NCBI RefSeq assembly: GCF_000143415.4
Contig: NW_003314271.1
Span: forward strand, 1,038,882 to 1,102,881
Source of the DNA: Selaginella moellendorffii
Lineage: Eukaryota; Plantae; Lycopodiophyta
Reading direction: 5' to 3'
Length of the DNA: 64,000 nucleotides
Shown here in pieces: positions 50,782 to 61,489 of this stretch; positions within the stretch are counted from its first letter, which is position 1, and each line of letters begins with the position of its first letter. The translations under genes and the position numbers were made by a program. The notes below the pieces were generated by a model. It ran no database searches. It worked only from the letters and a program-made list of their open reading frames with translations, and was not told the DNA's origin.

Positions 50782-53441
50782 GCGCCCGCCCAGTGTGAAT
50801 AGGGACCTTCAGTCATAAATCAAATAAATCAAAAACTTTTATTAAAGGATTAAAAGGAGGAAAAAATGGGAGAAAAGGGATATACCTCAAGCCGGCGGTT
50901 GATGCCTCGCCTAGATCAACGCCTGTGATGCGGGCGCACTGGAATTAGGTGGCTGCGTGTGTGCGACCAAACGAACGAGCGATACGAGAGCACCGATGCG
51001 CGGAGAAACCCCAGTGGCTTCCTAGGGCTTTATATACCCACCACCTTTTGTTTGGATCCTATCGAAGCTCTCTCTGTCGAGATGGCCTCTTCCTCCACGG
51101 TACCAAAACTTAACAATGTGGCGACGCTTGCAGTGTCAGTCTAGGATCCACACACAGCCAAATTTCTCTTGCGTCTCTCGAATTTTTTTCGTGGCGATGG
51201 GGGTTGACTCGTGTAACTACGGTATTGCTCGCCGCCAGTACGCTTAGTCACTGGCGCGATGTGGCAACGCACGCAGCCGGGTGTCTATACACAAATTCAT
51301 CTCGGCTAGCTAGAGTATTGTGGCAATGTCGTTTGGTTTGATCGAGTGGGGATGCTTGACCAGTGGGTTTGATTGATACTAGGCTAGTGAAACACTCCAT
51401 GTGACAAAACCATGTGGGGCACAACGACGCCACCTCTCTTATCTATCCACAACAACAATTATACATGGTGTTTTAAACGCCGTATATGTGCGTGTCTTGC
51501 GGTTGAGAGCCGGCCCTGGAAGGTGGCGTTCTCTTGCGGGTCAAGATTCAACAGCCAGCTAGGTCAAGCTCCCGCGGAATCGAACCCGGCAACGAATATC
51601 TTCCAGGCCAATGGCACCCATGCCGTACGTGGATACGCGTGCGCACGCAAAACACGAGGTGGGTTGGGTACGGCATTTACCTCGCGCCCCCATGGATAAG
51701 ATCGAACTGGCGAAGGAGCATAGTAACTTAAGGTTAAAACCTTATCCACAACAAGAGAAGGCCACAAACATGACATTGAGTTTCGTGGAGTCGTGGTGAC
51801 AGTTAGGTGACAACCCAAGGACAGCAGCCTTTTGGAGTGCTGTCATTAGATTCGCATCCCGCGAATATTCCCATCGTCCCCTCTCCATGTCAAACTTAAT
51901 GAAAAGACCTAATTTATTCGAGAAGAAACTCTCTGTTCTTTGGATCTGAAACTCGCATGGAAAACGACGACTGCGAGATCTAACTTGAATCTTGTGACTT
52001 GTAAACAAATGGGAGCGAGGGCGGATTAGTTTATACCTATCTGCGAATCGCCTGTCCCGGAAGGTGGAAGTAATCTTATATAAAAACGTGTGATACACCG
52101 TACGCGCGGGTACTGGCTTCCGTACGTCCGGGCTGGACTGTACATGACATGTTTGGGCATTTTCGCTGTGCCCGGCGACAAAAAATGGAATCAAGCGTAA
52201 AAATACATTGCCAGCACTTGCGTGGTTGTGACGTGGTTGGCATTCCCTCGAATCGGCAAATGCCGGATCAAAGGCATCTGCAATACGTGGTCCGATCTGC
52301 CTGTTCTAAGTAACGTTCTTGTCACTCACACACTCCTACACACAAGCACAGAATCAGACAAAGAGGTGGACAAGGTGGCATCTCCACCGGGCGTAAGGAA
52401 TGGTCACACTTGGAGGCAATGGATTGGGACTAATGGATAGGTGGATGTTGCAAAGACAATTTTGTTTAGTCAAACCTCCACATCTAACCTTCAAAGATAC
52501 GGAGGTTATGGTTTCAATCACCCGCAATTGCTCAGACAATTTCTCAACAGGCAATCCTTGAAATTTCCAACCCAGAGGAGGAAGGTCAATGTAGTGGAAA
52601 GTTGGTTGTGTCTGGCTGGATAACGGCCGTACACCGACGTGGTGCCACGTCCGCCCGGCCATCGGCCGCCACAAGCTCCCTCCTACGCGTCCACGTCACG
52701 CGCGCCCCGAGGCCCATGTCATATAACAAAAGCGTGAAAAGTCGCCGACCACCAGCACATTGGCCGGACTCGATCCCCGGATCTTTCCCCTCAGCCCCTG
52801 GCACAAGGTGGTCCCGGGTTCCAGTCCTCTCCACTGCTCCCACATCGCTTTCGCGATTCGGTTCCTTTGTCGATATCGCCAAGCAGCCTGGCACTACAAT
52901 AGCAAGAAAAAAGAAGAAAAGATGCTCGCCCGCGACGAACAGCATCCCCAGATAGCGACCATTTGGGGCTAGAAGCTTAAAAGTCGCCATTAACCTCGTG
53001 TCCATCGTCAGCATACATACACATCGTTGCCTTCTCTTTAGTGGACGGACATTGGGTGGCCAGGGAGGAACCCTAGACCAGTCCAAGAATCACGGACCCA
53101 AGCTTTGGACCGCATGGAATGGAGTGGAGCCCTAGATATCAAGTAGTCCAAGAATCACGCTAACTTGTGAAACCCTTGGAACGCGTGATATTCTCTCTTT
53201 TCTTCTTCTTCTTTCTACCACGCGCGGGCGCTGGCCTTGGGCGTGTGTGGGGTTTTTTTTGAGTAACGGGATTCCTGTATGGAATCCTTGGCCAAGCGCC
53301 ACAAACGCTTGTGGGGGGACTTTAACGCCTTACTCGCGTTCGCGCGTAAACTAGCAGATATTTCAAATTTTTGAATTTGAACTTTAAGGCTGGCCAATTT
53401 TTGAATTTGAATTTTAGGGTTCGTGTGTCAAGAGGGATTTG

Positions 53442-55604
53442 ATGCTGCGCGCGCGTCGCCATCGCGCCTCGATCACTCGCCAACAACATCGAAAGGGATT
53501 TGCTTCCAGCAGCGGCACTGGTCACGACAGCGACATTAGAGGATTGCGAGCCGCGATTGAGGAGCTGGAGCGCTGCGATCGTGTGCGCTGCGACGAGGTC
53601 TACGCTCGCCTCCTCCGGCAGTGCGCGGATTTGAGGGCGCTGCCCGAGACGCGGCGGATCGACGCGCACATCTCCGCCTCGGCAGAGTTCCATGGGAATC
53701 GATTCCTAGGAAATCTCCTCGTCAAGGCGTATGGCAATTGCGGCAGCGTGGACGATGCTAGATCGGCGTTTGCGGGCATCCGGCAGACGAAGAACAGCCA
53801 CACTTGGAACTTGCTCCTGGCCGCGTATGCCAAGAACGGGCATCGCGAGAAATGCGTGGGTCTCTTCGAGCAAATCCCAGAGAAGAACGTCATGTCGTGG
53901 AATTTCCTGATCCAGGCGCACTCGAGCAAGGACGAGCTTGTAAATGCGCGAAAGGTTCTAGAGAAAATGCCCCACCGCAACATGATCTCCTTCACGATTC
54001 TGATATCCTGTCACACCCAGTACGGGGATTTGGATCTCGCGAGAGATTTCTTCGATCAGATGCCCGAAAAGGACACCGTCGCGTGGAATTCGATGCTCCA
54101 GGCATACGTCCGTCACCGAGACCTTGTCTCCGCGAAAGAGATGTTCGACGCCATCGCTCCCAAGACCCTCGTCACGCTCACGACAATGATTCGCGCGTAT
54201 GCCCGGACAGGGCATATCGATCAAGCCCGAGAGATCTTTGATACGATCCATCACCCTGATGCCATAGCCTGGAACATCATGATACAGGGCTACTGCGACG
54301 CTGGCTCAATCGATAAAGCAAGAATTTTGTTCCAGATAATGCCAGATCCAGATGCCTTTACTTGCAGCTTGATGCTATCGGGATTTGCCGCGATGGGGCT
54401 TGTGGATGATGCAAAAGCTCTCTTTGATCGATGGCGGCAGGAGGATCCAGTCTCGTGGAATTCAATGATCACGGCCTACGCTCACAATGGCCGTGTTCAA
54501 GAAGCCAAATTTCTCTTCGATCAGCGCCCGGATCATCACAAGCACGTCGCGAGCTCCTGGAACGCGATGATCGCCGCGTATGCCCGAAACGGGCATCTTG
54601 TCGAGGCAGGGGGCTTGCTGGAAGCGATGCCACCGGCGATCCAGAACGAGATCTCTTGGAACACCCTTCTCTGCGCATTCGTGAGCCGCGATATGTTGGT
54701 TCAGGCCAAGGATCTGTTCAAGAGAATCCCAATCAAGTCGGTGCTTGTCGCCAACACCATGCTCGGGGCGTATGCCCTCACCGGGCAGCACATCGAGGAG
54801 GCGATGAGCGTGTTCGCTACGATCGATGATCCGGATCCCGTGTCGTGGGCGTCGATCGTGGGCGCCCACGCGCGAGCTGGGCAGGGAAGAGAAGCGATTC
54901 ATCGATTCCAGCTGACGGATCTGGCCGGGGTGAGGCCGATCGAGGCAGCCCTCACTGCTGTTCTTGACGCCTGCTCCTCGATCTCCTCCTCGGGGCTGCG
55001 ATTTGGCCGCATCATCCACGGCGAGATTGAGGACGATCGAGGGCTGGCGCTGGGGAATTCGCTGCTCAACATGTTTGGGAAATGCGGTGCTAGCATCGAG
55101 GAGGCCGAGATGGTCTTTGCAAGAATGGCGACGAGGAACACCGTGTCGTGGAACGTGATGCTCGCGGGCTATGCACAAAACGGGCATAGCTCGCAAGTTC
55201 TCGAGCTCTTCGCGGTGATGATCCTGGAAGGCGAGGCCCCGCCCAGCAAGATCACTCTCGTCTCGGTCCTCTCGGCTTGCAGCCACGCCGGGCTCCTCCA
55301 CGACGGCCTCGCTTGCTTCGCATCGATCCGCGACGACTTTGGCATCGATGCGCATGAGGATCACTACAAATGCGTCGTGGATCTTTTGGGCCGATCCGGC
55401 CAGCTCGAGGCGGCCGAGAGTTTCATCCAGAGCTTGCCGTTCAAGGCCGACAGTGGAGTGTGGACGGCGCTCTTGAGCGCTTGTAGCAGCCAAGGAAGCG
55501 TCCATGGAGGAGCTCGAGCGGCGCTAAGCATGGTGGATACTGAGCCAGGGGAATCGTCACTGCCATACGTGATGCTCTCCAACATCCATGCCACTACTAA
55601 TTGA
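53442..55604 (+). CDS. PLS-class pentatricopeptide repeat protein with partial E domain
   Basis: Intronless ~720-aa ORF with repeated SWNxMIxAYAxNG motifs. VLSACSHAGL, HYKCVVDLLGRSGQL, VWTALLSAC, ends YVMLSNIH. No DYW domain. Confidence 0.95.
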   Translation: MLRARRHRASITRQQHRKGFASSSGTGHDSDIRGLRAAIEELERCDRVRCDEVYARLLRQCADLRALPETRRIDAHISASAEFHGNRFLGNLLVKAYGNCGSVDDARSAFAGIRQTKNSHTWNLLLAAYAKNGHREKCVGLFEQIPEKNVMSWNFLIQAHSSKDELVNARKVLEKMPHRNMISFTILISCHTQYGDLDLARDFFDQMPEKDTVAWNSMLQAYVRHRDLVSAKEMFDAIAPKTLVTLTTMIRAYARTGHIDQAREIFDTIHHPDAIAWNIMIQGYCDAGSIDKARILFQIMPDPDAFTCSLMLSGFAAMGLVDDAKALFDRWRQEDPVSWNSMITAYAHNGRVQEAKFLFDQRPDHHKHVASSWNAMIAAYARNGHLVEAGGLLEAMPPAIQNEISWNTLLCAFVSRDMLVQAKDLFKRIPIKSVLVANTMLGAYALTGQHIEEAMSVFATIDDPDPVSWASIVGAHARAGQGREAIHRFQLTDLAGVRPIEAALTAVLDACSSISSSGLRFGRIIHGEIEDDRGLALGNSLLNMFGKCGASIEEAEMVFARMATRNTVSWNVMLAGYAQNGHSSQVLELFAVMILEGEAPPSKITLVSVLSACSHAGLLHDGLACFASIRDDFGIDAHEDHYKCVVDLLGRSGQLEAAESFIQSLPFKADSGVWTALLSACSSQGSVHGGARAALSMVDTEPGESSLPYVMLSNIHATTN

Positions 55605-55741
55605 TAATGTTGTTGATTATAATTGACCATCGCTGACTTGGAATTAGAAATTAGAAGCCTATAACCCACAGTATAGATACGCTGGTGTCCTGACATATAG
55701 CCAGATGCTTAAAATTTGTACATTTTAAAAATGTTGCAAAT

Positions 55742-55813
55742 ATCAGAGTGGCGCAGCGGAAGCGCGGTGGGCCCATAACCCACAGGTCCGAGGATCGAAA
55801 CCTCCCTCTGATA
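55742..55813 (+). tRNA. Initiator tRNA-Met (CAT)
   Basis: 72 nt, ATCAGAG/CTCTGAT acceptor stem, GTGGG-CCCATAA-CCCAC anticodon arm, ATCGAAA T-loop typical of eukaryotic initiator tRNA. Confidence 0.95.
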
Positions 55814-55962
55814 ATCGACTCGCTTGGATCTTATTGCAATGAATGTTGATACTACCAAAAATGTCTTTTCACTATAGCTAAAAGCTCACAGCAATTCTTC
55901 TTGCTTTGCTCCTTGCAGTCTGTATTCACAAGTGTGCAGCTGAGGGTTCTTCTGTCTACATG

Positions 55963-57508
55963 TTAAAACAGTCCAATTCTCGGCGATCCGTAATGTTTCT
56001 GGCTCCTGATGAGTTCTTGAGTTCGTTCCATGATCTGCAAGAAAAATGTTCTTGTGAGTTCCTGAGACGATGAAAGAGAAAACCAAGATTAATGCAGTTA
56101 ACTTGCCTTCAGAGCGATTATTGACGGAGTAAGTTCACATATGTCCTTGGCATTCATCTCATTCGCAATCACTGCATGCAAAGGATGTGAGCGATAAGAA
56201 AACCATCTTTGATAGAAAACTTACTCTTTAGGCACACGGAAACGTCAGCGTTCTTGTAAGCCATGCCTCTCTCCTCGTAAAGCTTTGTTAATCGAGCTAA
56301 TGTCTGCAAATAACAGTGACCAGAAAATTAAAATATAAGACAAAAGATAAGAATGCTTTCAAGCTATACCTGTTCATGAGCAAACTCTCGCTGCGGCTCT
56401 CCCAGAAGTGGTCTCTTCTCCGTCCCAGCAGCCACAACACGCTTGGCTAATGCGTCCAATGGAACGTCCAGATAGACAGTGATCCCATGTCTCATATAAC
56501 CCCTGACAACGACACCACAAGGCGTTCTTATCCTCCTCTCGATTATATAGAGAGAAAACGACTATCTTATCTTACCAGTTTTGTGGTCTCACCACAGCAC
56601 CTCCTCCTGTCGCTACTACCAATCGATACATCCCAGATAATTGGCTTAAAACCTCACTCTACATTATCCACAAAACAATGGAAAAAACATCAGGCACTGA
56701 AGATAGACACGTTTCAAGGCCGCAAGACAGTGGGGATCACTCACCTCAGCATCGCGAAAGCCTTCCTCGTTGCTTTGCTTGAAGATCTGAGCTACACTGG
56801 CGCCGCCGGCGGCCTGCTCAACAAGCTTGTCACTGTTTCTCCACGAAGAAAGTCCATCAAGTGGTGCGACGAAGCAAATCGAAAGAAAAAAACGAGATAC
56901 ACCAACCTGTCAAAGAAGTAGTACCCGAGCGCGTCCGACAAGTGCTTTCCCACAGTACTCTTTCCACTGCCCATCATCCCTGTGGACGAGAAAACGAAGT
57001 TGTGTTAAAGAAAAAGAGAAAGAGAAAGGAGAACGAGAGAGAAAAGCGAAGTGGTACCAATTAGAAACAGGCACGTCCCTTTGAGGTCCCTGGCCAATTC
57101 CTTGCCTTTGCTCTGAGAATGTATGGTCGTCCACTTAGCATTAAGAGGAAAAGAAGAACATAAAAGGAACCTATGGATCGCACCTTTAGAGCTGTATCGA
57201 CGCTGGTGGATTCTGTGGCTGCGAGAGAGAAATCGATCAGACGAAAAAAACGTGTTCTCGAAATTCGAGAGAAATTCTCGGCACATACCAGCTACATTCG
57301 CGTTCTGCGAGCACAGCAGCACCACCGAGCGCCTGGCGCGATGATGAATCTGCGACGGATTCCTGCAAGAGACGAGATTGATGCGCGATTGCCTCCCAAA
57401 ATGCAGCTCCTCACGAGAGAATCCCAGCCTCCGGAATCCATCGCCGCCGCGGAGCTCCACGAAATTCGAGGACGATGTCCCTGCCGAAGGCGCCAAGACG
57501 CAATCCAT
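55963..57508 (-). CDS. SK: Plastid shikimate kinase, multi-exon
   Basis: Transit peptide-like N-terminus, GMMGSGKSTVG P-loop, VVATGGGAVV, RPLL. Last intron appears to use a GC donor (~56106). Confidence 0.92.
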
Positions 57509-57763
57509 GGCGCACGATCGATCGAATGCCCACAATTTCTTGAGCTAGGGTTGGGCTTTTATCTGCTGCACAACCACAGCCGTTCGATGTGACCAGCCCA
57601 ACGGCGGCGATTCAACGCGATCATACGAGTCAACAAGCTTACATTTTTGAATGGTAGGCCGCCGGCGCTTCTGGACTTGACAGCCGTTGGATTTGGATCT
57701 TGGGAAGGGCAAGGCGGGGTATATTCCGTCCACGTCTTAGGGCTAACGAGGCAAAAGAAAAAA

Positions 57764-60225
57764 ATGAGCTGGTGCGCTCGAGCTAGGGCGCCGGGCGGGC
57801 GCGCTCTCCTTTTGTCCTCGAGATTTCGCCGCTTCTACGCGTAAGTCCCTCCACATCCTTCTCGGGCTCGAATTTCTCGTGTTTTTGCGCTAGAATGCTT
57901 GAATTTTCGAGATTTTTTGCCTATGGAGCAATGCTCTCGAGGCTGGCTGGAGCTTGAAATGCCTCATTTTTGCTACTGATTTATTCCTTTCTCGTTCCTT
58001 TCAGCTCTGCGACAGCGCAGCCATCTGAAACAATCGATGATTTATCGCCGCAGCCTTCAGCTAGACCACCATGTAAGCTGGAAATTTTCTACTCTTCTTG
58101 CGTTTGAATTTTGTAAATATTTTTTTCTTGTTTCTTTTTTGTTCGTGCAGCAGACGATCTCTTGTCGGCTGAGGCACTCACTCCCGCGAAAGTCGTAGCT
58201 TTGTTGGATCGTCACATCGTCGGCCAAACCGGAGCCAAGCGTGCGGTTGCAGTGGCATTGCGTACGCGCTCGTCAGCCTTTGCTGCTGCCTGTTATCTGA
58301 CTCCATAGGTGGTGCACTAGAATTTTCTCTTTCTTTTTTTTTTTCACTTCTTCTTTCATGCCTTCTTTTAGAAACTTGGTTGCTTTTTGCGTGTAAGTTT
58401 CTAGATTCTGTTGTACTGAAGTTCTTGAGCCGTCTGCACGCAGGAAATCGATGGCGGCGACACCGCATTCCTTCTCAATATCGAGAGGAGATTCTTCCCA
58501 AAAATATACTTATGATCGGACCAACTGGTTGCGGAAAAACGGAAATTGCGAGACGGTTGGCTAAAATGGCGGATGCTCCGTTTATAAAAGTGAGGAAGTG
58601 TTTTTATTCTTCGTTTGTTTTTAACTCATATTTTCTAACAGGTGGAAGCTACGAAATTTACAGAAGTTGGATTTCATGGCCGAGATGTGGACCAGATCAT
58701 TCGCGACCTTGTTGAGAATGCTATATTACTGCAACGAGAAAAGGTGTTTTAAAACTCAACAAAGCGAGTTTTTTCAACTCTCTTCTTTCAGGTGCGAACA
58801 AGAATTTCAAAAGAGGTGGAGGAAGCTGTTGAGAACAGGATCCTGGACGCGTTGATCGGTTTGACCCTCGCTATTGAGGTTTTTGTTTTTGCGGCTTTTT
58901 GGTCTGTCTGTGGCTGAACATGTTTTAGCAGGAGGACAATGTGGATACGAGTTCACTGGAGACACTACGCAAGGCTTATAAGAAAGGGGAAATTGATAAC
59001 CGCAAGCTAGTGCTGGACGTTCCCGAGGGAGGAAGAGTGCGCGTCCCTATTGAAGTCACAGGAGGTGGTCTTCCTATAAACGATCTTATTTTCAAGGTAC
59101 TACGCCTCTGCATGAAGGAAGTGGTATTGACGTCTCGATTTCCTCTAGATAGAGAAAGCTTTGAAATCCCCGAAAGTTGAACGCCGTGAAGTAACTGTCG
59201 CCGAGGCCAGACAAATGCTCTCGGAAATGGAAGTCGAAAAACACCTTCAGTCCGATCAGATCATCAAAGATGCAATACGTGTACACGCTAGTGTTTTTGA
59301 TCTCGTTTCCCTGGATGTTAATGGCTTCCACTTGCAGGCAACGGAGTCTGACGGCATTGTATTTATAGACGAGATCGACAAAATCGTTACAACTAGCGAA
59401 GCCAGATTTGGAGCGGATGCAAGTGCGGAAGGTGTACAGCGGGACTTGCTTCCTATTATCGAAGGCAGGTAAATTATCACCACGTTGGTTTTCCTTCCGT
59501 GCTAAGCTGGTCCTCCTTTCAGCGTTGTAAACACGAGACACGGGAATGTGAACACCGATCACATTCTTTTCATTTGCAGTGGCGCCTTTCACTCTTGTAA
59601 GCCAAGTGACATGCTTGCTGAGCTACAAGGACGTCTGCCTATCCGTGTTGAACTGAAAGGTCTCACTCGCACGGTAAGTCGCGCTGGAAGTGTTGCAGCA
59701 TCCCTACCATGCTAACAGCCATTCTTTCCAGGATTTGTACCGTATTCTAACCGAGCCTGAAATAAATATGATCAAGCAGCAACAGCTTCTCATGGCTACC
59801 GAAAGTGTGGAGCTTGTTTTCTCCGACGACGCCATAAAGGAACTAGCCAATGTTGCGGCTGAGGCAAGTGTTCTTGTGGGGATTTCTTAGCTTACTCATT
59901 ACTGAAAAATAAAACACGTTACAGGTGAATACTTCTTTGGACAACATTGGTGCTCGGAGACTTCACACGGTAACGCATTTTCTTCCTCAATAGCGAAATG
60001 TTCCCACTGGTTTTGTTTGATCCAGGTAATTGAGAAGGTAGTAGAAGATATCAGTTTCAATGCTCCAGAAAGAGCTGGGCAAGCTTATCACATTGACAAG
60101 CAAGTAAGTTTCATCGATCGCTTGACGAATTCATGGTTTCTATTTCTTTCTTTCTTTCGCAGAAAGTAAGAGATGCTGTGGGAGAGCTCTTGAAGAAAAC
60201 CGACTTATCAAAGTTTGTTCTCTAA
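57764..60225 (+). CDS. hslU: HslU/ClpY ATP-dependent protease ATPase subunit, multi-exon, likely mitochondrial
   Basis: [90 protein letters not shown]-terminus DLSKFVL. Arg-rich N-terminus. Confidence 0.95.
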
Positions 60226-60494
60226 AGAGATTAAACTCGCCCAGGTAACTGGCCACAGCCTCAACAGGGCCCGGGCACAAGAAGCTCAAGGATCGCGCCA
60301 TCCCTCACTTATGTTTTGGTTGAAACCCATCTTCAGCGGAAAGCCACTTGGCATCTCAGCATCCCAAAGGGGACATGACGAATCACCTTGGTGGCGGCGG
60401 TATTGAAACCATGCTGAGGCGCAAAAATGTAGAATCCCGGTTGATCAACGCAAAAACCTTTACACAAAACAAAAAGAAGAGAAAAGAAAAGAAA

Positions 60495-60872
60495 AGGAGG
60501 AGTTGATCCTGAAACCATCGTCTGGAAGACTTTCTTCGATTTGGATTTGGATTTGGATATTTGCACGGAGATCTCACTGAAGAAAGTTTTGTCCAGCAAC
60601 CAGAGGGTTACCAGAAGCAGCCTGGAATGGTTTGTCCCCTGAAGGCTCAAACAATCTCCTAAGGCTTGGTTCAACAAAATGGACAAATTTCTCACCTCTA
60701 TTGGATTTTCCAGAAACGCTGCTGATCAAAATGTATACCAGTATTGAAAAGATGATGGTCCTTATTTCTTTGTATATTGATGATTTGATCCTGGTCACAA
60801 ATTGTCTTGCTTTCCTACAAATGATCAAAGAGTAGATTGATCTCGGCGATATTAAGTTCTGTCTTGGTCTTA
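60495..60872 (+). mobile_element. Ty1/copia reverse transcriptase fragment
   Basis: LHGDLTEESFVQQPEGY..VCPLK / LKQSPKAWFNKMDKFL..GF / LYIDDLIL..DLGDIKFCLGL across frameshifts. Confidence 0.85.
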
Positions 60873-60965
60873 ATATCGGGACAATTCATTGCTCACTCAC
60901 AGTGCTGTTAGGGATGAATTGTCCCAATATTAAGACCAAGACAAAACTTAATATTGCCGAGATCA
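60838..60965. repeat. 52-bp inverted repeat with 24-nt spacer
   Basis: 60838-60889 vs 60914-60965, 49/52 complementary. Confidence 0.92.
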
Positions 60966-61143
60966 TCTGCTCAGTGCTATGTGGAAGAAAGAGCAATAGC
61001 TGAAAGAGCAATAGTGCTAATAGTCACAAAGTAGCATTGTTGGCTGTTGGCTGGAGTCCACAATCTAAGCCAGACAATAGACTGATGAGCCATGCCAATG
61101 AGTAGGCCTTGACCTAACTAACTTTCTTCTGACAATTCTCTAG

Positions 61144-61302
61144 ACAGGTAAATACGCCTTTGGATAGCATTGATTTGCTTGATCTAGGTGAGAAGGTGGT
61201 GGAAAATATTAGTTTCAATGCTCCAGCGAGAGATTATCACATTGACAAGTAAGTAAAGAAAAAAAATATGATCGTTGTGAAGGAAACCGGCTTATCGAAG
61301 TT
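61144..61302 (+). pseudogene. Degenerate duplicate of the 3' exons of hslU
   Basis: GAGAAGGTGGTGGAAAATATTAGTTTCAATGCTCCAG..TTATCACATTGACAAG..GAAACCGGCTTATCGAAGTT parallels 59921-60215. Confidence 0.8.
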
Positions 61303-61489
61303 AAAAATTAAACTTGTGGCTTCCACTGCGCCACGTCGGAAAACGCCATCCTTTTGCAATTGGTCCATGTCAGCAAGATACTCGAGCAGTGATTGGTACA
61401 TGTCAGCAGCCCTAAATACCGATCGGGATTTCATCACTCTTGTTCCTCGAGAAACAAGAGCTACATTTTCTCGACGAGGCGCGGGCGCG

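Noticed and set aside
54462-55505. 347-aa antisense ORF
   Set aside because: Shadow of the GC-rich PPR coding strand.
44253-60225. Bacterial contamination or recent HGT suggested by UvrD and HslU
   Set aside because: Both genes have many small spliceosomal introns and sit among plant genes.
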